Below are positions 17,359 through 25,287 of a DNA stretch of 50,312 bases, one piece after another (the stretch's first letter is position 1; every line of letters begins with the position of its first letter). Made by a program: the position numbers and the translations under genes. The notes beneath the pieces were generated by a model that saw nothing but the letters and a program-made list of their open reading frames with translations, ran no database searches and was not told where the DNA came from. This stretch comes from Pyrinomonadaceae bacterium (GTDB taxonomy: Bacteria > Acidobacteriota > Blastocatellia > Pyrinomonadales > Pyrinomonadaceae): positions 1 through 50,312 of the forward strand of contig DASSEB010000456.1 of the NCBI GenBank assembly GCA_035696765.1. Reading direction: 5' to 3'.

Positions 17359-18753
17359 TCACTCAGTATCGCTCTTATTTTTCGCGCTCTCCCCGATCCA
17401 AACCGTCTTGATGTTCACGAACTCGCGGATCCCAAACTCCGCGAGTTCGCGGCCATACCCGGAATGCTTCACGCCGCCAAACGGCAGCCGCGGATCCGAC
17501 GCGACCATCCCGTTGATGAACACCGCTCCGGCTTCAAGCTCTTCGATGAACTTAGTTTGTTCGTGCGCGTCGTTGGTCCACGCTGAGGAACCGAGCCCAA
17601 ACGGCGTCGCATTCGCGATCCGGATTGCTTCGTCAATATCACGAACGCGAAAGAGCATCGCAACCGGCCCGAAGATCTCTTCGCACGACACTGGCTCGTT
17701 AACATCAACATCGACCAGCACCGTCGGCTCGAAAAAGTTACCGGGCCGGTTCAGTCTCTTCCCACCGGTTAAGACACGCGCGCCAGTGGCGGTTGCTTTT
17801 TTCACCTGCTCTTCGAGATCGTTCACGATCTGCGGAGTCGCGAGTGGTCCAATCTCCGTCGACTCTTCCATCGGATCGCCGATGGGGAGTGCCTGCATCT
17901 GGCTTACGAACTTGCGCTCAAACTCGTCGTAGATCTCGCTTGCAACGATAAAGCGTTTGGCGGCGATGCACGATTGTCCGTTGTTGAGGGTGCGTGCTTT
18001 GACCGCAGTCGTCACCGCCTCGTCGAGATTGGCCGAAGGCATGACGATGAACGGATCACTGCCGCCGAGCTCCAGAACCGTCTTCTTGATCTGCTTTCCG
18101 GCGATCGAAGCGACACTGCTGCCGGCGGGTTCACTTCCGGTCAACGTTGCAGCGACGACGCGCGGATCGTTCAGGATCTTCTCGACCGCTTCCGAGCCAA
18201 TCAACAGAGCTTGAAACGCGCCTTTTGGAAATCCGGCGCGCGTGAAGATCTCTTCGATCGCCAGTGCGCACTGCGGCACATTCGAAGCGTGTTTGAGCAG
18301 TCCAACGTTGCCGGCCATCAAAGCCGGTGCGGCAAAACGAAAGACCTGCCAGAACGGGAAGTTCCAGGGCATTACGGCGAGCACCGGACCAAGCGGCTGG
18401 AAACGCACGTAGCTCTTCTTCGCATTTGTTTCCACGACCTGATCGGCCAGATGACGTTCGGCATTTTCAGCGTAGTAGCGACAGACCCAGGCGCATTTTT
18501 CCGCTTCGCTGACAGCGGCTTTAATCGGCTTGCCCATTTCCGTCGACATCAGCTTGCCGAGCTCATGTTTGTCGCTTTCAAGGATCTCCGCCGCACGCTG
18601 CATCATGCGCGAGCGATCGGCGAACGGCGTGTGACGATAGTCGCGAAACGTGTCTGCTGCGAGTTGAAGTTTCTCTTCGATCTGCGTTGCTGATAAGGCC
18701 GGGAAAGTTTTTAGAGTTTCACCCGTAGCCGGATTGATTGATGCTATTGCCAT
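17359..18753 (-). CDS. NAD(P)-dependent succinate-semialdehyde / aldehyde dehydrogenase (Sad/YneI-like)
   Basis: ALDH motifs LELGGSDPFIV and NNGQSCIAAKRF (catalytic Cys). End-to-end resemblance to E. coli YneI, including INPATGE, MPWNFPFWQV and FGGVKHSGYGRE. Confidence 0.9.
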   Translation of the reverse strand: MAIASINPATGETLKTFPALSATQIEEKLQLAADTFRDYRHTPFADRSRMMQRAAEILESDKHELGKLMSTEMGKPIKAAVSEAEKCAWVCRYYAENAERHLADQVVETNAKKSYVRFQPLGPVLAVMPWNFPFWQVFRFAAPALMAGNVGLLKHASNVPQCALAIEEIFTRAGFPKGAFQALLIGSEAVEKILNDPRVVAATLTGSEPAGSSVASIAGKQIKKTVLELGGSDPFIVMPSANLDEAVTTAVKARTLNNGQSCIAAKRFIVASEIYDEFERKFVSQMQALPIGDPMEESTEIGPLATPQIVNDLEEQVKKATATGARVLTGGKRLNRPGNFFEPTVLVDVDVNEPVSCEEIFGPVAMLFRVRDIDEAIRIANATPFGLGSSAWTNDAHEQTKFIEELEAGAVFINGMVASDPRLPFGGVKHSGYGRELAEFGIREFVNIKTVWIGESAKNKSDTE

Positions 18754-18773
18754 GATGGGGTAATTATAGTTGC

Positions 18774-20480
18774 ATGTCTGAAGCTCAAAAAGCCCAACTC
18801 GACCGCTTCGGCGTCGCCGCTGCGTTGCAGGAGATCGCGCAGTTGATGGAGTTGAAGGGCGGTCAATTTCGTTTCAAAGCAAAAGCCTACAACGCAGGCG
18901 CCCGCGCGATTCAAGGCGTCGCCAATCTCGATCAGCTCGTCAAAGAAGATCGTCTCACGACGCTACCACGCATCGGCGACGCACTCGCTTCTCAAATCAA
19001 GCAACTCTATCTCACTGGCGAGTCTTCAGTTTTGAACGGACTGCGCAAAGAGTTTCCGGCCGGCGTGGTCGAACTTTCAACTGTACCGGGATTGAGCATC
19101 GAGAAAATCAAGCAACTCAACGAACTGGGAATCAGTTCCATCGCGCAGCTCAAGGCCGCCGCCGAAACCGGCCGCCTGCAACAGCTAAAAGGCTTTGGAC
19201 CAAAAACTGAGGAGCGACTGCTCACCCAGATCGCGAACCCAGTCAAGAAAACGAAGCGGCGCCTGCATCTTCATCACGCGTGGAGCACTGCGGATCAGGC
19301 GATTGAGTATCTCAAAACGATCGACGGAGTCGTCGACGTTAGCGTTGCCGGTTCGTTGCGTCGTTGGGAAGAGACGATTGGGATCGTCGATCTGGTTGCG
19401 AGTTCGAAAAAGCCGGCCGCAGTTGTAGAACAGTTCCTGCGCTTTCCGCTCATCTTGTCGAGCCAGTCGGATGGTCCAAACGAGTGTGTCGCGCAGTTCG
19501 CCGACGGCGCGCCGGTGTCGCTTACGGTGGTGACGCCGAAGGAGTTTGCCGTGTCGCTTTTTGTTAGGACGGGATCGGAAGCGCACGTCGAAAAAGTAAT
19601 GGAGCAGGCGGCGCGGAAGAAGAAAGGTTTGGCGCGTTCGCCGCGCAGCGAAGAAGAGATCTACAACCACCTCGGCATGGCTTACATCCCGCCGGAGTTG
19701 CGCGAGAACGAAGGTGAGATTGAAGCGGCACTCGCGAAAAAACTGCCTGACGATCTGGTGACTGAGGCGGACGTGAAAGGCATGGTCCATTGCCACACGA
19801 CTTATTCCGACGGCATTCACACGCTCGAAGCGATGGTGCGCGGCGCTGAAGAGATGGGAATGAAGTACATCACGATCACGGACCATTCGCCCACGGCGAT
19901 CTATGCGAACGGGCTGAAGGTGGACAGGTTGAGACGCCAGTGGGACGAGATCGACGAGGTGCAGGAAAAAGTCTCGATCAAAATCCTGCGCGGTACTGAA
20001 TCGGATATCGTTGCTGACGGACATCTCGACTATCCGGATGATGTGCTCGAGAAGTTTGACGTGATCGTGGCCAGCATTCACGCGCGTTACAAAATGGATT
20101 CGGCGAAGATGACGGAGCGGATCACGAAGGCGATGCGTTATCCAGTGTTCAAAATTTGGGGACACGGGCTGGGACGATTGCTGCAACGGCGGCCGCCGTT
20201 TGAGTGTGACGTTGAGCGCATTCTCGATGTGATTGCGGAGTCGCAGGCGGCGATCGAGATCAATGGCGATCCGTACCGGCTCGACCTGGAGCCGCGCTGG
20301 GTGCGCGAGGCGCGCAAGAGGAAGATCAAGTTTGTCATTTCAACCGACGCGCATTCAGTGAAAGCGATGAACAATGTGAAGTATGGGGTCGCGATGGCGC
20401 GCCGCGGTTGGGTCAGGCGCAAAGAAGTTCTCAACACCCTCAATACGGCCGCGTTCGCGAAAGCCGTCAAACCAGTCTAA
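18774..20480 (+). CDS. polX: Family-X DNA polymerase with C-terminal PHP domain (PolX)
   Basis: HhH-rich N-terminus, pol-beta-type GSLRRWEETIGIVDLV. PHP motifs VHCHTTYSDG, ITDHS, LRGTESD, ASIHA and ISTDAHS. Confidence 0.85.
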   Translation: MSEAQKAQLDRFGVAAALQEIAQLMELKGGQFRFKAKAYNAGARAIQGVANLDQLVKEDRLTTLPRIGDALASQIKQLYLTGESSVLNGLRKEFPAGVVELSTVPGLSIEKIKQLNELGISSIAQLKAAAETGRLQQLKGFGPKTEERLLTQIANPVKKTKRRLHLHHAWSTADQAIEYLKTIDGVVDVSVAGSLRRWEETIGIVDLVASSKKPAAVVEQFLRFPLILSSQSDGPNECVAQFADGAPVSLTVVTPKEFAVSLFVRTGSEAHVEKVMEQAARKKKGLARSPRSEEEIYNHLGMAYIPPELRENEGEIEAALAKKLPDDLVTEADVKGMVHCHTTYSDGIHTLEAMVRGAEEMGMKYITITDHSPTAIYANGLKVDRLRRQWDEIDEVQEKVSIKILRGTESDIVADGHLDYPDDVLEKFDVIVASIHARYKMDSAKMTERITKAMRYPVFKIWGHGLGRLLQRRPPFECDVERILDVIAESQAAIEINGDPYRLDLEPRWVREARKRKIKFVISTDAHSVKAMNNVKYGVAMARRGWVRRKEVLNTLNTAAFAKAVKPV

Positions 20481-20554
20481 CCACGGATTACACGGATTTA
20501 GGACGGATTAGTGCTTCTCCGCGCTAATCCGGCCTTGATCCGTGTAATCTGTGG
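20481..20554. repeat. Family-B palindromic repeat, full copy
   Basis: CCACGGATTACACGGATTTAGGACGGATTAG ... CTAATCCGGCCTTGATCCGTGTAATCTGTGG. Starts directly after the polX TAA and contains the stop plus the last ~10 codons of the minus-strand ORF ending at 20524. Confidence 0.85.
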
Positions 20555-21288
20555 TCCGGTTTTACGTTGCATGTGGGCGGCAGGTTGGGATTCTTCGCTT
20601 CGTAGTTCTTGATCTCCTGCTCGAATTTGGTCTTTGCCTTTTCTCGTTCGTCATCGCCAAACAAAGCAGCATCGCCCTCCTCGCGAGTTACTTGTGCGCG
20701 GAGACGCCGCGCAGCGTTTAGGATCTTCTGACGCAGATCGCGATCTAGATCGATGATGTAAACGGCTGTCGTCCGACCGGCAGGCACCAACGTTCGAAAC
20801 GGGATCCCGGCGCGCTCCAGTCCATTTGCAAGCGCAACAAAATTTGACGCGCGCCTTCGTAGGCGTAACGTGTAAAGATCTGCTGAACCCTTCGGTCGCG
20901 GGTGAAAGTAGATCACGTACTTCTGTTCAGCATCGCGTCCCATGCGCGCGAGAACATAGCGAAGTGTCGGCCGATCACTTTTAACCCGCAGCATGACGGA
21001 GTGTTCGGCGCCATCGCTCCAGGATCCCAGTGCTTTGAATGCGCGAATTCTGGTCCTCACGACGCAACTCAAGTTGATCGCTCTCGCGCGTAACTGTACC
21101 TCTTCGGGCGAGTTCATCCCCTTGATCGCTTCTTCGAGTTTCAAATCAGTCTTTGTGTTCGGACTGACAAACCCGTAGTTGAACGACTTCTCCGACTGCT
21201 GCGCGGAGATCGCGGTGGTCCAACCGAGCAGCAGGACAAGTAAAAAGGATCGTGACGCCGAGAATCGATTTGTCATAGAATGGCGCAA
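20524..21288 (-). CDS. Secreted hypothetical protein
   Basis: Signal peptide ...SFLLVLLLGWTTAISAQQ. Protein-like composition, no recognisable motif. The C-terminal residues are encoded by the B-repeat. Confidence 0.55.
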   Translation of the reverse strand: MRHSMTNRFSASRSFLLVLLLGWTTAISAQQSEKSFNYGFVSPNTKTDLKLEEAIKGMNSPEEVQLRARAINLSCVVRTRIRAFKALGSWSDGAEHSVMLRVKSDRPTLRYVLARMGRDAEQKYVIYFHPRPKGSADLYTLRLRRRASNFVALANGLERAGIPFRTLVPAGRTTAVYIIDLDRDLRQKILNAARRLRAQVTREEGDAALFGDDEREKAKTKFEQEIKNYEAKNPNLPPTCNVKPDHRLHGSRPD

Positions 21289-21316
21289 CCTTAATCCTCA
21301 TCAAGGAGACAAATCA

Positions 21317-22063
21317 ATGCAACGAAGAACCCTCACCGAACTCGCCAATAATCCTGACTTAATTTCAGGTATTTACAACTATTGCGATCGTTGGTGTGAA
21401 CGGTGTCCTTTAACCTCACGTTGTCTGGTCTATGCGACCGAGCAGGAAGACGACGATTCACCCGAGAGCCGCGACGTTCGCAATGAAGCATTCTGGCGAA
21501 AACTCGGTGCTATTTTTCTTGAAACGCGCGAAATGGTTGTTGAGTGGGCCAGAGAGGCACGCGTCGATCTTACCGGGCCTGCGGAGGGAGAAGAAAAACG
21601 ATCTCACCGGAGAAGACAACTCATCGACAATCATCCGCTCGCGAAATCCGGCAAGAAGTACGCGAATGCAGCCAGTGACTGGTTTCGCGAGTTTGATCAA
21701 ACGATTGAGATCAGCGATCTACGCGCCACGGAAAACGAACGCGAACACCTGGAAGATGCGCGCGAAGTGATTCAATGGTATCAGTATCAAATCGCGGTCA
21801 AGACAATACGGGCGCTCTCAGGCCGGCGAGAGGAAGAAGATCCGGAATTGGCTGATTTTCCGAAGGATTCCGACGGCTCGGCAAAGGTCGCGCTGATTGG
21901 TATCGATCGCTCGATTGCAGCGTGGCGGCTGATGCAACTATCGTTGCCCGAGCGCGCCGACTCGATCGTGACGTTGATTTTACAGCTCGAACGTTTGCGT
22001 TATCGTTTGGAAAACGGGTTTCCGCAGGCGCGACGTTTTATCCGGCCTGGATTCGATGGATAA
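21317..22063 (+). CDS. Hypothetical cytoplasmic protein with N-terminal Cys cluster C-x3-C-x2-C-x5-C
   Basis: ATG at 21317 preceded by AAGGAG (21303..21308). Motif CDRWCERCPLTSRC lies at nt 21383..21424. The rest is predicted helical and acidic. Confidence 0.6.
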   Translation: MQRRTLTELANNPDLISGIYNYCDRWCERCPLTSRCLVYATEQEDDDSPESRDVRNEAFWRKLGAIFLETREMVVEWAREARVDLTGPAEGEEKRSHRRRQLIDNHPLAKSGKKYANAASDWFREFDQTIEISDLRATENEREHLEDAREVIQWYQYQIAVKTIRALSGRREEEDPELADFPKDSDGSAKVALIGIDRSIAAWRLMQLSLPERADSIVTLILQLERLRYRLENGFPQARRFIRPGFDG

Positions 22064-22070
22064 ACAAAAA

Positions 22071-22101
22071 CCGCGGATGAACACGGATTATTAACAGATG
22101 G
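22071..22101. repeat. Family-B repeat fragment (CCGCGGATGAACACGGATTATTAACAGATGG)
   Basis: Three CGGAT/CAGAT units. The HIT gene ATG (22098) lies in the last unit. Confidence 0.5.
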
Positions 22102-22526
22102 ATGAGAATTGTCTGTTTTGTCGAATTGTGTCTGGCGAGGTGCCGGCAACTGTAGTTTACGAAGATCAGCAGTCGCTGGCATTCCTCGATCATCGTCCCC
22201 TGTTTCACGGTCACACTTTACTGGTGCCGCGAGAACATGTGGAAACACTCGGCGATCTGCCGGCGCCGCTCGTCGGTCCTTATTTCGAGGCTGCGCAACT
22301 GTTGAGTCGTGTAGTTCAAGCAGCGCTCGATGCCGAAGGAACTTTTGTCGCGATGAATAATCGTGTGAGTCAGAGTGTGCCGCATTTGCACGTGCACGTA
22401 GTGCCGCGACGAAAGAAGGACGGCTTGAAAGGCTTTTTCTGGCCGCGCACAAAATACAAAGGCGAAGAAGAAATGAAAGCAGTGCAAAGCAAGATCGTTG
22501 CAGCGCTCAAGAAAATCAAGAAGTAA
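22098..22526 (+). CDS. HIT-family (histidine triad) nucleotide hydrolase/transferase
   Basis: CLFCRIV N-terminus and histidine triad HLHVHVVP. Confidence 0.9.
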   Translation: MDENCLFCRIVSGEVPATVVYEDQQSLAFLDHRPLFHGHTLLVPREHVETLGDLPAPLVGPYFEAAQLLSRVVQAALDAEGTFVAMNNRVSQSVPHLHVHVVPRRKKDGLKGFFWPRTKYKGEEEMKAVQSKIVAALKKIKK

Positions 22527-22558
22527 AAAATTATCGTCGAAATAAAACACAAAAAAAG

Positions 22559-22587
22559 TTGCTCTAAAAATCCTGTAGGAGTATAAA
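22559..22587 (+). promoter_or_regulatory. Candidate sigma-70 promoter of the ncRNA unit
   Basis: TTGCTC (22559..22564), 17-nt spacer, TATAAA (22582..22587). Confidence 0.35.
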
Positions 22588-22594
22588 CCCCCTG

Positions 22595-23088
22595 TCGCGA
22601 GGGTTGCGGCCTTCGAGACCGAACAAGGGATCGGCAATCGGTGCGGTGACGCCCGAACGAGAGAAGAGACAGGCGGCTGTTGATTCTATTGACGCCCTGA
22701 TCGAAGCCGAAAGGCTTAGCTAGAGAAGGTTGCGAGACTTTCTCGAGCCATTCGAATAAAAACGAATGGCACCCGGAGGCAAGGACCCGCCGAAGGGAGC
22801 AAAGCGGCTCAACGAAAGTTGAGCTTCGTTGCCGGAGCGTAACCGGCGGTGGAGGAAAAGCCACCACAACAAAAACCTAAAGGCACCGTGTTCTTCGGAA
22901 CGCGAGGATTGTGAAAATGATTCGTGTGCTGACCGGCGATTGACTGACCGCCAGTTGATCATCGGGATACAAATTGGCGACTTGAGTGTGTACATGCTCT
23001 TGTTGCCATCTTATAGGTAGCTTCGGCTAACTATAGGAAAACGGATTGCGCTGCTTTCAGCTTGCTGGATGCAGCGCATTTCGTTTTT
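22595..23088 (+). ncRNA. Candidate large structured non-coding RNA of unknown class (about 490 nt; 5' end approximate)
   Basis: 680-bp gap without a protein-like ORF. At least eight strong hairpins, four capped by GAAA or UUCG tetraloops. Ends in an intrinsic terminator. No universal RNase P, tmRNA or SRP motifs found by eye. Confidence 0.5.
23047..23088 (+). terminator. Intrinsic terminator closing the ncRNA unit
   Basis: TGCGCTGC (23047..23054) / GCAGCGCA (23071..23078) with inner CAG-CTTG-CTG helix, followed by TTTCGTTTTT. Confidence 0.65.
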
Positions 23089-23205
23089 AAATCCGCCCGT
23101 TCCAATCTCTGTTCGTCCGTGGCCCGATTCCGAAATTTTTGTTAGATTACCCGCTTCCAAAAACAGAAAAGTTTCTCCCCGCATTGCTTCCACTTCTTTA
23201 AGGAG

Positions 23206-24015
23206 ATGACCCAGATGACTGAAGCACGAATGCAAGAGGTACCCGAATACAAACCAGGTACGTTCTGTTGGGTTGAGTTGGGAACAATTGATAGTCCGGC
23301 CGCCAAAACTTTTTACACCCAACTCTTCGGCTGGGAATATGAAGACCATCCAATGGGGCCCGGCATGGTCTATACAATGCTCAAGCTCAACGGCAAAGAC
23401 GTCGGTGCACTTTACGAATTGATGCCGGAGATGAAGGCGCAGGGAGTTCCACCTCACTGGCTTAGTTACGTCTCCGTCAACAATGCTGACGAGACGGCGG
23501 AAAAGGCGAGAGCTGCAGGCGCGACGCTAATGAAAGAACCGTTCGACGTTATGACTGAGGGCCGCATGGCCGTGATCCAGGATCCCACTGGCGCTGTCTT
23601 TGCGATTTGGCAAGCTATAAATCACAAAGGATCCGCGGCGCGCATGGTTCCGAACTCCGCTTGCTGGAACGAACTAGGCACAAACGATACAAAGAAAGCA
23701 GGAGAGTTTTATTCGAACGTCTTTGGTTGGTCCCAGGAAGGCTTCGGGGCGAGTTCGATCGAATACACAGTTTTCAAAAACGGCGATCAGGGCGTGGGCG
23801 GCATGTATCAGATCACGCCGGAAATGGGACCGATACCGCCACACTGGCTCGTTTACTTTGCCGTCGACGATTGTGATGCGAAGGTCCAGCAAGCGACTGA
23901 GCTTGGGGCCAAAGTAATGAAGCCGGCAGAGGACATTCCGGGAGTCGGACGCTTTGCAATCCTGATCGATCCGCAGGGGGCGGCGTTCGCACTGCTCAAA
24001 CCGCAGCCACAATAG
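23206..24015 (+). CDS. VOC-superfamily protein (glyoxalase/bleomycin-resistance fold), two tandem domains
   Basis: Internal duplication: FCWVELGT...PPHWLSYVSV and ACWNELGT...PPHWLVYFAV. AAGGAG lies upstream of the ATG. Confidence 0.8.
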   Translation: MTQMTEARMQEVPEYKPGTFCWVELGTIDSPAAKTFYTQLFGWEYEDHPMGPGMVYTMLKLNGKDVGALYELMPEMKAQGVPPHWLSYVSVNNADETAEKARAAGATLMKEPFDVMTEGRMAVIQDPTGAVFAIWQAINHKGSAARMVPNSACWNELGTNDTKKAGEFYSNVFGWSQEGFGASSIEYTVFKNGDQGVGGMYQITPEMGPIPPHWLVYFAVDDCDAKVQQATELGAKVMKPAEDIPGVGRFAILIDPQGAAFALLKPQPQ

Positions 24016-24029
24016 TTTCAAAAGGCAAA

Positions 24030-24098
24030 GCCACAAAGAGGCACAAGAAGCACAAAATGATTGGTCCAGGTTTTGTGCTTTTTGTGCTTTATTGTGGC
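24030..24098. repeat. Family-A palindromic repeat, full copy
   Basis: GCCACAAAGAGGCACAAGAAGCACAAAA (24030..24057), 13-nt loop, TTTTGTGCTTTTTGTGCTTTATTGTGGC (24071..24098). Confidence 0.85.
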
Positions 24099-24106
24099 CT
24101 GAAAAT

Positions 24107-24982
24107 ATGAAAGCGCGTCTCGTTTGGCTCGTACTCTGCGGCATTTGGGGATCAACCTGGCTGTTCATCAAGCTGGGTCTCGCCGATCTTCCGCCATTCA
24201 CGTTTGCCGGCATCAGGTTTGTAATCGCGTGCGTGATTCTATTCGCATTGATTCGAATCCGGCGTTTGCAACTACCTCACAGCCGCGCTGATTGGATCCT
24301 GTTAGTCGTCACTGGAATTCTTTCGTTTGGATTCAACTACGGTTTGGTCTTTTGGGGAGAGCAGTACGTGTCTTCCGGTCTCGCCGCTCTTTTGCAAGCG
24401 ACGATTCCCGCGTTCGGATTAGTCTTCGCACACTTCCATCTGCCTGGTGAACGACTGAGTTGGTCCAGGATGGGCGGTGTCATACTTGGAGTGTGTGGCG
24501 TTGGAGTAGTTTTTTCCAATCAACTCGCGATTGCCGGTCGCCAGGCCGTGGCGGGTTGCGCGGGTCTGATTTTCGGTTCGATGTGCGCGGCCTATGCGAA
24601 TGTGCTGGTGAAAACGTACGGCAAACATCTCGATCCGGCGATACTCTCGGCTGGTCAGATGTCGGTTGGTCTACTGCTACTTTTTGCAGTTGGCATCCCG
24701 CTGGAGGGGAATCCTTTGTACTTTCACTGGACACCGATGGCTTTTATCGCTCTGCTCTATCTGGCGGTCGTCGGTTCTGTGATTGCGTTTTTGCTTTACT
24801 ACTGGCTGGTGCTGAATATGGCCGTCACCAACTCGATGATGATCGCGCTGGTCACACCGGTTGTCGCAGTGATTCTCGGAATGATTGTTTTAGACGAGGA
24901 GATCGGCTGGCGCACACTGCTCGGCGGCGCAATGATCATTACCGGCATTGCTTTCATCGTCTTATATCGCCGCAGATCCTGA
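24107..24982 (+). CDS. EamA/DMT-family transporter
   Basis: About 10 TM helices in two EamA-like halves. ATG at 24107 preferred over TTG at 24092, which lies inside the repeat. Confidence 0.8.
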   Translation: MKARLVWLVLCGIWGSTWLFIKLGLADLPPFTFAGIRFVIACVILFALIRIRRLQLPHSRADWILLVVTGILSFGFNYGLVFWGEQYVSSGLAALLQATIPAFGLVFAHFHLPGERLSWSRMGGVILGVCGVGVVFSNQLAIAGRQAVAGCAGLIFGSMCAAYANVLVKTYGKHLDPAILSAGQMSVGLLLLFAVGIPLEGNPLYFHWTPMAFIALLYLAVVGSVIAFLLYYWLVLNMAVTNSMMIALVTPVVAVILGMIVLDEEIGWRTLLGGAMIITGIAFIVLYRRRS

Positions 24983-24999
24983 TGCGCGTTGATCCGCGG

Positions 25000-25287
25000 C
25001 TAAATCAAATCCTGAACTCCTCGAACCTGCGCCGCGAGATAAGCTTCGATTGCAAACTCGACGAGCGGTGCTTCATCCGGTGAGTAGTACTCGGGTAGAC
25101 GGCGCAATTGACTGATCTGAGGAGACAGCAACCAGAAGCCACCGATGTCAGCTCCGAATTGATTGTGGACCGCGAGCTCGAGCGCAGTGCCATGCACGAC
25201 GCGCAAGTACTTCGCCGAAGCAGCATCGAGATTGACCGTGCAATCGGTCAGCGCAAACCCGACAAACTCCACCTCACGCTGCGGCAT
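25000..25287 (-). CDS. Hypothetical 95-aa acidic protein translationally coupled to lexA
   Basis: Its ATG (25287) lies 14 nt inside the lexA 3' end. Protein-like composition, no TM segment, no known motif. Competing ORFs in other frames look like shadows. Confidence 0.45.
   Translation of the reverse strand: MPQREVEFVGFALTDCTVNLDAASAKYLRVVHGTALELAVHNQFGADIGGFWLLSPQISQLRRLPEYYSPDEAPLVEFAIEAYLAAQVRGVQDLI

Noticed and set aside
19185-20186. 333-aa minus-strand ORF inside polX
   Set aside because: It is an Arg/His/Leu-rich antisense shadow of a well-supported gene and has no motifs.
22595-23088. Whether the structured RNA candidate is RNase P RNA, tmRNA, SRP RNA, a T-box or a cobalamin riboswitch
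   Set aside because: None of the expected elements were found on either strand. There is no GAGGAAAGUCC / ACAGAA-CCGGCUUA P4 element; GGAGGAAAAGCC at 22850 only looks similar. There is no tRNA-like acceptor/T-arm or a tag ORF ending in hydrophobic Ala-rich residues. There is no GGAA-capped SRP domain IV with the AGCA/GGUCA loops in the right geometry, and no T-box or B12-box sequence. At ~490 nt it is also too long for 6S or 4.5S RNA. An Rfam scan is still needed.
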